Of a stretch of DNA of 56,308 nt, positions 47,160 to 55,172 are shown piece by piece (positions within the stretch are counted from its first letter, which is position 1; every line of letters starts with the position of its first letter). Position numbers and translations under genes: made by a program. The notes below the pieces were generated by a model. That model made no database searches. It was given only the letters and a program-made list of their open reading frames with translations, and had not been told where the DNA came from. The stretch is from Chloroflexota bacterium. Lineage in GTDB: Bacteria > Chloroflexota > Limnocylindria > Limnocylindrales > Limnocylindraceae. The DNA lies in contig JBEDDM010000002.1 in NCBI GenBank assembly GCA_041176225.1, positions 1 through 56,308 of the forward strand, read 5' to 3'.

Positions 47160-47602
47160 GAATCCAGCAGTCGGACCTCACGCCGCTTGAGCAGAAGCTG
47201 GTTGACGAGGCGATGCGCATTCGACCGCGTGCCTACGCCGTCTACTCCAACTATTTAGTTGGTGCGGCGGTCGCCGACGCAGACGGCGGGATCCACGTGG
47301 GTGCAAATATGGAGGGGGCCGACTACACCCTCACCGTGCACGCCGAACAGCACGCCATGAACGCCATGCGCCTTGCGACAAATGCAAAGGCGGTCGCGCT
47401 CGCATTCGCCGTCCAATCCCCATCTGAAGCACCGTCGCCGTGCGGCGTCTGCCGACAGCGCATCCGTGAATTCGCGGGCTCCCTGCAGATGCCAATCGTT
47501 GCCGTCAGCCTCGACGAGAACTTGAAAATTGAACGCCTGAATCGCTATCCGTTCGACTACCTACTCCCGAATTCGTTTGGCCCGGAGAACCTTGGCAAGT
47601 AG
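47156..47602 (+). CDS. cdd: cytidine deaminase
   Basis: ATG 47156 overlaps the upstream TGA. VHAEQHAM and PCGVCRQ zinc motifs. Confidence 0.9.
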   Translation: MRIQQSDLTPLEQKLVDEAMRIRPRAYAVYSNYLVGAAVADADGGIHVGANMEGADYTLTVHAEQHAMNAMRLATNAKAVALAFAVQSPSEAPSPCGVCRQRIREFAGSLQMPIVAVSLDENLKIERLNRYPFDYLLPNSFGPENLGK

Positions 47603-48827
47603 TTCGCGTCTCTCACGCCTCGGCGTGCTGACGATCTACGGCGGTTTCGGCGTCGTCGGCGCCGTCTTCTACCCGTTCTACGCGGTCGCGATGATCGACC
47701 GCGGCCTCAGTGCGGGCGAGCTCGGGCTGCTGACTGCAGCGACAGCACTCGTCTCGAGCGCCGTCGGCCCGGCCTGGGGACACCTTGCTGACCGAGTTGT
47801 CGGCCGGCGTGCAGGGCTTGCGATCGGCGAGATCTCGAGCGCGATTGGCATCCTCCTCTTCGCCTTCGGCGATCTCAGCGCGGCAATCGGCGGCACGATC
47901 CTCATGGCGGTCGCAGGGAACGCATCAAACAGTTCGGCGGATGCGCTTGCGCTCGGCATCGCGCGCGATGGTGGGCCGCGCTTTGCAGTGACACGAGCGG
48001 TGACGAGCTTCACCTATGCGGTCACCGCACTCGCCGCAGGTGTGGCGATTCGCGACGGTGGCGGATCGTCAATCGTCCCGCTCCTGGCCGTTGGGCTCTG
48101 CTGCACGATCTTGCCTATTCCGTTTCTCAAGGATCGGAGCGTCATGGCGGCGCATCGCAGCGCGCCGCCACGCACCGCGTCGGCACGCCGCACCCGACGC
48201 CCAGCGCGTGACCGATTTGGCAGCGTGAGCGAACTGCTGCGGATCGCTCCAGCGATGGTCCCCTTCGTTGCGATCATCTTCCTTGAGGCGCTCTGCGCCG
48301 CCTCGTTCTATCGCCTTGGACCGGTGCGGATCAATGAGGTTGGTGGTGACGCAGCGATGCTCGGACTCGGCGCAACCCTCGCCGCCTTCATCGAAGTTCC
48401 CTTCATGATCGCCTCGGCCCGAATGCTCAAGGGGATTGGGCTGCGACGTGGCTTCGCTGCCGCAACCGCAATCATGGGAGTGATCACCGCTTCGGTCGCA
48501 CTGTTTGACAGCGCGCTTTCGCTCACGCTCCTACGACTCGCCGAGGGGGCAGTCTTTGCGATCGCGTTGATGTGCGCCGTCGAAGTGGTTGATCGCCTGG
48601 TGCCACGCCGCCTTCACGCAACAGGGCAGTCGCTCTATCACTCTGCGGGGACGCTCGGCGCCGCACTCGGCGGCATCGTCGCAGGCTTCCTCTACGACAC
48701 CGCAGGCTCCACCGTGGTGTTCGTTGCAAGCGGGGTGGGGCTGTTGATCACCGCACTCTTTGCACTTCGCACCATTCCGCGGGGACGCGTGCTGCTTGAG
48801 TCTGACGCCACCCACGGTGCCAGATAG
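47577..48827 (+). CDS. MFS transporter
   Basis: About 12 hydrophobic helices. The start is uncertain: TTG 47577 overlaps cdd by 26 nt, and GTG 47625 is an alternative. Confidence 0.78.
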   Translation: MARRTLASSSRLSRLGVLTIYGGFGVVGAVFYPFYAVAMIDRGLSAGELGLLTAATALVSSAVGPAWGHLADRVVGRRAGLAIGEISSAIGILLFAFGDLSAAIGGTILMAVAGNASNSSADALALGIARDGGPRFAVTRAVTSFTYAVTALAAGVAIRDGGGSSIVPLLAVGLCCTILPIPFLKDRSVMAAHRSAPPRTASARRTRRPARDRFGSVSELLRIAPAMVPFVAIIFLEALCAASFYRLGPVRINEVGGDAAMLGLGATLAAFIEVPFMIASARMLKGIGLRRGFAAATAIMGVITASVALFDSALSLTLLRLAEGAVFAIALMCAVEVVDRLVPRRLHATGQSLYHSAGTLGAALGGIVAGFLYDTAGSTVVFVASGVGLLITALFALRTIPRGRVLLESDATHGAR

Positions 48828-48836
48828 CAAAACGCC

Positions 48837-48860
48837 CCGCTGCAGCGTCAGCTGCAACGG
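48837..48860. terminator. hairpin between convergent MFS gene and tiny ORF
   Basis: ccgctgcagc gtca gctgcaacgg, a 10-bp stem with one mismatch. Confidence 0.4.
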
Positions 48861-48881
48861 AGCGCTCTGCGATCGACTTCG

Positions 48882-48965
48882 TTAGCTGCGCAGGTCCATA
48901 TAGACCGCAATCAACACAGGGATCATCACAATGACCCCGAGTACAAAGACGATAGGTTCTGTCAC
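48882..48965 (-). CDS. possible 27-aa single-helix membrane peptide
   Basis: GTG 48965-48963 overlaps the TGA of the upstream tiny ORF (GTGA). Translation is VTEPIVFVLGVIVMIPVLIAVYMDLRS. Below the ORF-track length cutoff. Confidence 0.35.
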   Translation of the reverse strand: MTEPIVFVLGVIVMIPVLIAVYMDLRS

Positions 48966-49132
48966 TTGCTCTTCTTTCCCAGAAGGGTGCCGAGCGAAAG
49001 GATCGCTGGAACCCAGAGGCCGATATAGACCGCCGTGTCGGCGTTGGCAGTGAAGCCAACTCCGAAATAGTGTGCAAGAGATAGTGCGAGGCTCGCAACC
49101 GCCGCAACGATGTACAGGTTCTTCGAATCCAT
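48962..49132 (-). CDS. 56-aa two-helix membrane protein, unlisted in ORF track
   Basis: ATG 49132 preceded by AAGGGAGGAATT. Translation is MDSKNLYIVAAVASLALSLAHYFGVGFTANADTAVYIGLWVPAILSLGTLLGKKSK. Confidence 0.6.
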   Translation of the reverse strand: MDSKNLYIVAAVASLALSLAHYFGVGFTANADTAVYIGLWVPAILSLGTLLGKKSK

Positions 49133-49200
49133 AATTCCTCCCTTACGTTGACCCGAGTTTCGGGCCTATGCGTCACTTTACCGCAGGCGGATGCGCGGGG

Positions 49201-50124
49201 CTACCCCTCACGCAGGGCGGGCGGATCGGCTTCGTCGCCAAGATCCACCTTGGCGATCCGCTCCCCCTTGCTGACGATCCGCTTCACGGAGGTCTGCGCC
49301 CCGCTGATGTCGTCGCCAATCTGCCGGAAGTGAGTCGCGAGCTTCTCAATGCGTTCCGCCAGAAGCTCTACATCTCTGGTGAGCCCGCCTACCTCGCGCT
49401 GGATCAGGGCCGCCTGCTCGCCGATCTTTGATTCAATGTGGAACATGCTCACCGTTGCGAGAAGTGCGTGCAGCGTGTTCGGTGAGGCGAAGACCACGCG
49501 CTTCCCATTTGCGTACTGCTCCATGTCTGGGAAGCTCGTGAAGAGCTCCGCGTAGATCGCCTCTGACGGGATGAACATCACGGCGAGACGACTCGTCTCA
49601 CCAGGAATGACGTACTTGGATCCGATCGCATCAATGTGCGCCTTCAGCGCCGTGCGGAACTGAACGGCGGCGGTAGGGTCACCTGCCACGAGCTTCTGGT
49701 ACGCCTCCAGTGGAAACTTTGAGTCCACGCAGACGCGGTTGGAGGCGGCGCCGCGTCCCACGATGCAGTCGGCGATCTTTCCGTTGGAGAGCGTCTCTTG
49801 AAAACTGTACAGATCCGTTGGTAGCGCGTCGCGCACGATCTCTTCGAGTCGTGCTTCGCCGTACTGGCCGCGCGCCTGCTTGTTCTGAAAGACGGAGAGG
49901 AGCTCATCCATCGGTTCGCGAAGCCGGTCGATCCCCTGCTGAGCGGCGTCAATGCGCGCGAGGCGCTCAACAACCGACTGCAGCTGATCTTCTACGCGCT
50001 GTGCCTGCAACGTGCTTGTGGGATCGGGCGGCGCGCTACGACCCGATCGTGCGGCGGCGAATAGCGCAGCGACGGCGGCGATCGCTGCCAGGATCAGCGC
50101 GACGATAGTGACCAGATCGTTCAT
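49201..50124 (-). CDS. rmuC: DNA recombination protein RmuC (short, 307 aa, N-terminal membrane helix)
   Basis: N-terminal LVTIVALILAAIAAVAALFAAA, a coiled segment, then an RmuC-type core (DCIV...VDSKFPLEAY...FIPSEAIY). Confidence 0.8.
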   Translation of the reverse strand: MNDLVTIVALILAAIAAVAALFAAARSGRSAPPDPTSTLQAQRVEDQLQSVVERLARIDAAQQGIDRLREPMDELLSVFQNKQARGQYGEARLEEIVRDALPTDLYSFQETLSNGKIADCIVGRGAASNRVCVDSKFPLEAYQKLVAGDPTAAVQFRTALKAHIDAIGSKYVIPGETSRLAVMFIPSEAIYAELFTSFPDMEQYANGKRVVFASPNTLHALLATVSMFHIESKIGEQAALIQREVGGLTRDVELLAERIEKLATHFRQIGDDISGAQTSVKRIVSKGERIAKVDLGDEADPPALREG

Positions 50125-50143
50125 GCGCTCAGTCTCACTGATC

Positions 50144-50167
50144 GCCGTGCCGACTGCGTGGCACGGC
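50144..50167 (-). terminator. hairpin between the 73-aa ORF and rmuC
   Basis: gccgtgcc gactgcgt ggcacggc, an 8-bp perfect stem. Confidence 0.4.
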
Positions 50168-50184
50168 GGTTCTAAGCGCGAAAC

Positions 50185-50406
50185 TTAGAACCAGCCGAAG
50201 AGCCCCGACTTCTTCTTCAAGATCGGAAGACCGGTGCGACCAGACTCCTTCACCTTGTAGCCCTCGGGAACCTCTGCAACGGCACCCTTCCCTGGTTTCT
50301 TTGCGAAGAAGTAGAGCGTCACAGTCTTCCCACTCGCAACCTTTCGTGATCGCCCGTGCAGGTAATACGTAGTCCCTCTTGAATTCTCAAATGAGAACGC
50401 GGCCAT
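50185..50406 (-). CDS. 73-aa basic hypothetical protein
   Basis: ATG 50406 preceded by AAGGGAGGGAACATC. Translation begins MAAFSFENSRGTTYYLHGRSRKV and ends LPILKKKSGLFGWF. No family recognised. Confidence 0.6.
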   Translation of the reverse strand: MAAFSFENSRGTTYYLHGRSRKVASGKTVTLYFFAKKPGKGAVAEVPEGYKVKESGRTGLPILKKKSGLFGWF

Positions 50407-50489
50407 GATGTTCCCTCCCTTCGTGACACGACGGTCACGTTGCGGCAATCGTACGCCCCAGAAGGCGTCGTGACAATGGTTTTGACGCG

Positions 50490-51593
50490 TTATTGAGCGC
50501 CGGGGATTGGCAGGGCGCGGGAGAGAAACTCGGGCATCCGGGTCAGGTCTACGTTGCCGCCGCTGAGGATGACAACCACGCGATCACCTTGTGACACAGG
50601 GACGCGTCCAAAGAGGAGGGCGGCGAGCGCAGCGGCACCAGCGGGCTCCACCACCTGCTTGCAGCGCTCCGCGAGGAAGCGGAGGCCGCCGAGGATCTCT
50701 TCGTCAGGAAGCGTGATGCAGGCGTCAATCAGCGTTGAGGCGAGCGGCAACGTCCACGAGCCAGCGTACGGTGCGCCGAGACCATCGGCGATTGAGGTTG
50801 GTTGAATGGGGACAACACTACCCGCCTCGACCGCCAGCTTCACCGCGGCAGAGCCTTCTGGCTCTACGCCGTAAATGCGAATCGATGGCTTCAGTGCACG
50901 GAGTGCTACGGCGGCACCGCAGAGCATGCCGCCACCGCCGAGTCCGCCGATCACCACATCCGCCTCAGGAAGTTGATCAAGGATCTCCGCGCCGAGCGTG
51001 CCGTGTCCTGAGATGACATATGGGTCATCAAACGGATGTGCATCAAAGAGTCCGAGCTCCTTAATGAGCTGGTCTTTCAGGAGTGCGGCCTCGCCCATCA
51101 ACCCGTCAACAAGGTGCACGGTTGCGCCATACGACTCGCACGCGGCGATCTTTGCGGGGACGGCGCTGCGCGGCATCACAACGTGGACTGGCACCTTGAA
51201 TTCGCGCCCTGCCCACGCGTATGCCGCGGCGGCGTTGCCAGCACTGAAGGTGACCAGGCCACGGCGCTGCACCTCTGCCTCACCGAAGTGCTCGACCATG
51301 TGCGTCACGCGATTCAGCATGCCGCGCACTTTGTATGAGCCGGTGCGCTGCAGGTGTTCTGACTTCAATCGAATGCGACCGTCGCCAAGGAGTGGTCCCC
51401 CGCTTCGGCGCAGTGCTTCCGCTGCGCCAATAGAGCTGAGGAGTGGAGTGACATGCAGTCGGCCCGCAGTTCGCGCCGCCGCGCGCTTCACCGCAGCAAG
51501 GTCCATGGTGAAGGGCTTACCCGTGAGCGCATCAAGGGTAGGAAGTGCGGGGGTGGCGGGTCGTGTCTCAGGCATGAACGAACGGTAGCCCAC
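50490..51593 (-). CDS. PLP-dependent threonine/serine dehydratase-family enzyme
   Basis: TGSYKVRG (PLP lysine), FSAGNAAAAYA and GGLGGGGM glycine loop. The start is uncertain (51593 or 51575). Confidence 0.78.
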   Translation of the reverse strand: MGYRSFMPETRPATPALPTLDALTGKPFTMDLAAVKRAAARTAGRLHVTPLLSSIGAAEALRRSGGPLLGDGRIRLKSEHLQRTGSYKVRGMLNRVTHMVEHFGEAEVQRRGLVTFSAGNAAAAYAWAGREFKVPVHVVMPRSAVPAKIAACESYGATVHLVDGLMGEAALLKDQLIKELGLFDAHPFDDPYVISGHGTLGAEILDQLPEADVVIGGLGGGGMLCGAAVALRALKPSIRIYGVEPEGSAAVKLAVEAGSVVPIQPTSIADGLGAPYAGSWTLPLASTLIDACITLPDEEILGGLRFLAERCKQVVEPAGAAALAALLFGRVPVSQGDRVVVILSGGNVDLTRMPEFLSRALPIPGAQ

Positions 51594-51627
51594 GACTCAA
51601 ACGCGTGCGACGCGGTACCGTGCCGAG

Positions 51628-52080
51628 ATGAGCCTCCCTGAGATTCGACGCGCAACGGTAGAAGAGATCCTCCCCCTTCGAAGCGAGGTGCTTCGTGGTG
51701 GAGGGCCACTTGAGCGCGCGCTCCTCCCTGGAGATGAAGAGGGACTCGGCGTGCATTGGGGTGTGTGGTTGGGTGACCTCCTTGTGGCGTGCGTCTCACT
51801 CTATGAAGTCACCTCTGACAGCGGGGTGCGGAGCACCCAGCTTCGCGGCATGGCCACCGCCCCAAACCTGCGCAGCCAAGGACTCGGCGGCGCCCTCCTT
51901 GAAGCGGCACTCACAGAGTGGGAGGGGCGTGAGGGTGCAGCCCGCCCACTCTGGTGCAACGCCCGCATCCGCGCGGTCCCCTTCTACGAGCGCCACCGCT
52001 TCGTCGGCGAGGGGGAGCCGTTTGATTTTCCTGGAGTAGGCGAACATCTACGAATGACATATCTCGGGAGCTCCTCGTGA
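51628..52080 (+). CDS. GNAT-family N-acetyltransferase
   Basis: 150 aa with motif A LRGMATAPNLRSQGLGGALLE. Confidence 0.72.
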   Translation: MSLPEIRRATVEEILPLRSEVLRGGGPLERALLPGDEEGLGVHWGVWLGDLLVACVSLYEVTSDSGVRSTQLRGMATAPNLRSQGLGGALLEAALTEWEGREGAARPLWCNARIRAVPFYERHRFVGEGEPFDFPGVGEHLRMTYLGSSS

Positions 52081-53021
52081 TCGGCGCTCTCTACGGGATC
52101 CTTGCCGCCTTCTCCTGGGGCGGTGGAGATTTTGTGGGCGGCATTGCGAGTCGTCGCCTCCCCACCTTCTTTGTGGTCGCCGCGAGCCAGAGTGTGGCGC
52201 TCGGCATTCTTGTCCCAATTGCGCTGCTCAGTGGTCAATCGATTCCAGATGGCGCCACCTTGCAGTTGACCGCGATCGCGGGGATCACGGGTGGTACCGG
52301 CGTGCTCTCCCTGTATCACGGCTTTGCGCACGGAAAGATCTCCGTGGTTGCAAGCATCGCCGGAACACTAGCCGCGCTGATCCCCGTTGCAGTTGCACTT
52401 GCGGGCGGAGAGACGGCCACGCCGTTACGCCTCACAGGATTCGGGCTTGCAATCATCGCGATTTACATCGTCTCTACAAGTGCCGATGCAAACACGGTGA
52501 ACGCTGGTGATCCAGGTGCGCATCCAGATGCATCAAGTGGGGCGGCCGCGTTTGGTGGAGCGCTCTACGGCGTAGCTGCTGGCCTCTGCTTTGCAGGCTT
52601 CAGTCTCCTCTTCGCTCGTGTTGAATCTGAGAGTACGCTCTGGCTGCTTACTGGGCTGCGCGTTGCAAGCGTGAGCGCGCTCGTCAGCCTCTTCTTGATT
52701 GCACGCGCGATCGGTCGACGCCCACCTGGCGCCGAAGAGATTCGACCTAGTGCAATCCCAACCGGACGTCGCGGTCGCATCGCACTGGTCCTGACACTCG
52801 CGGCGGCGGGGAGTGGTGACACGCTCGGCAATCTCTTCTTCCTGCTGGCGTCACAAGAGAGCGGCGTTGCCGTCGCGGCGGTCTTCACCTCCATTGCGCC
52901 AGTGACGACGGTGATCTTTGCCGCTGTCATCCTGCGAGAACGCATTGGGCTCCGCCAGGGGATCGGGATCGCCCTTGCAGGGGCGGCCACGCTCGCGATC
53001 GCAGCAGGCGGTGTCGTCTAA
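52077..53021 (+). CDS. EamA/DMT-family transporter
   Basis: GTGA overlap with the GNAT stop. Ten hydrophobic segments. AAFSWGGGDFVGG N-terminus. Confidence 0.8.
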   Translation: MIGALYGILAAFSWGGGDFVGGIASRRLPTFFVVAASQSVALGILVPIALLSGQSIPDGATLQLTAIAGITGGTGVLSLYHGFAHGKISVVASIAGTLAALIPVAVALAGGETATPLRLTGFGLAIIAIYIVSTSADANTVNAGDPGAHPDASSGAAAFGGALYGVAAGLCFAGFSLLFARVESESTLWLLTGLRVASVSALVSLFLIARAIGRRPPGAEEIRPSAIPTGRRGRIALVLTLAAAGSGDTLGNLFFLLASQESGVAVAAVFTSIAPVTTVIFAAVILRERIGLRQGIGIALAGAATLAIAAGGVV

Positions 53022-53085
53022 GCAGCCGGTGGGGCGGCGGAACGGATCGGCGCACTCTGTAACAAGCGGGTAGAATTCCCCTCCC

Positions 53086-53397
53086 ATGACAACTGCCCCC
53101 CACGCCATTCGCTTCGACCCCGCGACCGGGTCACTGCACGTGGATGGACGCAGCACACTCCTCACTGGGATTGAGAAGCGACTCGTCGCACTTTTCTTTG
53201 AGCGGCTTGGCGAAGCGGTCACCCATCAGGAGATTCGGCAGAAGATTTGGGGAGAGAGCTGGAGTGGCGGAGACGAGGCGCTCCGTGTTGCGATCAACCG
53301 CCTCCGCAAGAAGTTTGAGGGGAATCAGCGCAAGCCTGAGATTCTCGTCAGCGTGCGCGGGGTTGGGTACCGAATGGTTGGATACATCTCGCGCTAA
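53086..53397 (+). CDS. stand-alone OmpR/PhoB-type winged-helix DNA-binding domain protein (103 aa, no receiver domain)
   Basis: LTGIEKRLVALFFERLGEAVTHQEIRQKIWG ... ALRVAINRLRKKF ... VRGVGYRM. Confidence 0.8.
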   Translation: MTTAPHAIRFDPATGSLHVDGRSTLLTGIEKRLVALFFERLGEAVTHQEIRQKIWGESWSGGDEALRVAINRLRKKFEGNQRKPEILVSVRGVGYRMVGYISR

Positions 53398-53410
53398 CGG
53401 TGTGCGCGAT

Positions 53411-53830
53411 CTACAGCGCGAGCAGGAGCGGCTTCAGAAACTGACTCTCAATCACCAGCGCGATGTATGCGATGGGGAGACTCGCAAAGAGTCCAAGAAG
53501 TGCAGACCAACCTGAGCGCGTGATGCTCGTGCCGTCTGCCGATGGCTGCGGAACGATCAGATACGTCAGTAGACTCCCGAAGGTTGAGGTGCAGAGGACC
53601 ACGAGCGCAGCGGCCTCCGTGCGCAGATCTCCCCCACCAACGATCAGTGATGGTGAAAGGCCGTCCATCAGCGCACGCTCAACATGAAGGTCATACGCCA
53701 GATAGATCAGCATGAAGACGAGCCCACTTCCTCCGCTTGCGAGCACTGCTCGAAAGACCGGCCGCGGCGCATGTTGTAGCTGATAGAGGCGCTTCCCAAA
53801 GAACCCACGCGGAGCGCGGTTGCCGCTCAT
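53411..53830 (-). CDS. 139-aa hypothetical membrane protein
   Basis: ATG 53830 is 2 nt after the upstream stop. Three to four hydrophobic helices. The upstream part of ORF 53411..54247 is off-frame overlap with the aminotransferase gene. Confidence 0.55.
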   Translation of the reverse strand: MSGNRAPRGFFGKRLYQLQHAPRPVFRAVLASGGSGLVFMLIYLAYDLHVERALMDGLSPSLIVGGGDLRTEAAALVVLCTSTFGSLLTYLIVPQPSADGTSITRSGWSALLGLFASLPIAYIALVIESQFLKPLLLAL

Positions 53831-53831
53831 C

Positions 53832-55151
53832 TCAGCGCTGGATGATTTCAATCGTTGGGCGCTTCGGCAGGCTCTCTGGCGTGTGCGCAGCGAAGAGGGT
53901 GAGTAGCTCGAGCATTCGCGCGACCTCTTCATCGGTGTTCCAGAAGCCCCACGAAGTGCGCAGGGCAGGGCTTGAGGCGGGGCGATCTGCCGTGGCGGGC
54001 ACGCCAGGGACGCGTCGGGTGATGGCGAAGGCGCGCCGGCTGAACTCTTCAACGAGCTGCGACGCCTCCCAGCCGTTGACGCGGAGCGCGACGATTGTGG
54101 CGTGGCGCCCTGGACCGACCAGGAGCTCAACGCCCGGGATAGAAGCGGCGCCTGCGGCAAAGGCGCGTGCGAGGCGACCCGCACGAACAACCGCCCACGG
54201 CAGGCCCACCTGCATGGAGAGCCAACCGGCGGCGCGTGCAGAGCCAACGAGTGCTGGCCGCGCGAACCCTGAGGTTTGGAATCGACGAGCGTCGTCGTGC
54301 ATCACGCCAACGCCGTCAAGCGCTGGCTCACGGAAGGCGAGGAAGCCGCCGATTGGCGTCTGCAGTCCGCCCGCAGCAAGTGCGCGGCGCGAAAGGCGCA
54401 TGCCAGCAAGTCCTTCAATACCGAGAAGCCACTTCTGAGACGGGAAAGCGAACACATCAGGGTCCAACGCATCCACAGCGTCAAGCATTGCGCCAACAGA
54501 CTGCGCGCCGTCAACAATGCTGATGATCCCTGCGGCGCGCGCACGCGGGAGGATCTCTTCGAGCGGAAGGATGCGCCCGCTGATCCAGCTGACCCGCGAG
54601 ATCACGATCGCGCGGGTGGGCGGAACCAAAAGTTCGGTGACGCGCGTGACGATCTCCGCATCACTGATCGCGACCCCGCGCTCGTCACGCGTACTCACCG
54701 TCGCAACGCTGAACCCTTGGCGAGCAGCGCGTGCGGCGAGACTCCCACGAATCGCTGGGTACTCCTCATCAAGTGTGACCACGCGGTCACCTGGCTTGAG
54801 TTCGGTTGCAATGAGCGCACGCATGACCGCCTCGGTGGTGCTGTGCGCCACCGCAACAAGTTCAAGGTCTGTGGCGAGTACCGAGGCGAAGACGCCGCGA
54901 AGTTCGTCCACACGCACCTCCACGTCATCCATCAGGTGCTCTGATGCGCGACCGGTCGCAAGCTCTTGCTCCTGCACTTGGCGAATCGCCGCATCCACTT
55001 CGCGCGGGAGCGGACCAACGCTCCCTGCATTCAGATAGATCCCCGCGGTCGTTGCGGGGATCGCGGCACGAAGCTCCGCCACCTTCCCCGCCTCATCGGT
55101 GGACGTTGCGGCGGCCTGGAGGAGCGCTTCGTGCGAGATCTGATCAGTCAT
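53832..55151 (-). CDS. aminotransferase class V-fold PLP-dependent enzyme
   Basis: IYLNAGSVGPLP N-terminal motif and FAFPSQKWLLG (PLP lysine region). 439 aa. Confidence 0.75.
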   Translation of the reverse strand: MTDQISHEALLQAAATSTDEAGKVAELRAAIPATTAGIYLNAGSVGPLPREVDAAIRQVQEQELATGRASEHLMDDVEVRVDELRGVFASVLATDLELVAVAHSTTEAVMRALIATELKPGDRVVTLDEEYPAIRGSLAARAARQGFSVATVSTRDERGVAISDAEIVTRVTELLVPPTRAIVISRVSWISGRILPLEEILPRARAAGIISIVDGAQSVGAMLDAVDALDPDVFAFPSQKWLLGIEGLAGMRLSRRALAAGGLQTPIGGFLAFREPALDGVGVMHDDARRFQTSGFARPALVGSARAAGWLSMQVGLPWAVVRAGRLARAFAAGAASIPGVELLVGPGRHATIVALRVNGWEASQLVEEFSRRAFAITRRVPGVPATADRPASSPALRTSWGFWNTDEEVARMLELLTLFAAHTPESLPKRPTIEIIQR

Positions 55152-55172
55152 CTCGTGCTCCTCTCGCTCGGT

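Noticed and set aside
49117-49132. ttcgaatcc string resembling a tRNA T-loop
   Set aside because: There is no flanking T-stem, acceptor stem or anticodon arm. The bases are the first codons (MDSK) and SD region of the 56-aa ORF.
53737-54438. 233-aa plus-strand ORF
   Set aside because: It is antisense to the class V aminotransferase gene and is Arg/Ala/Ser-rich without motifs.
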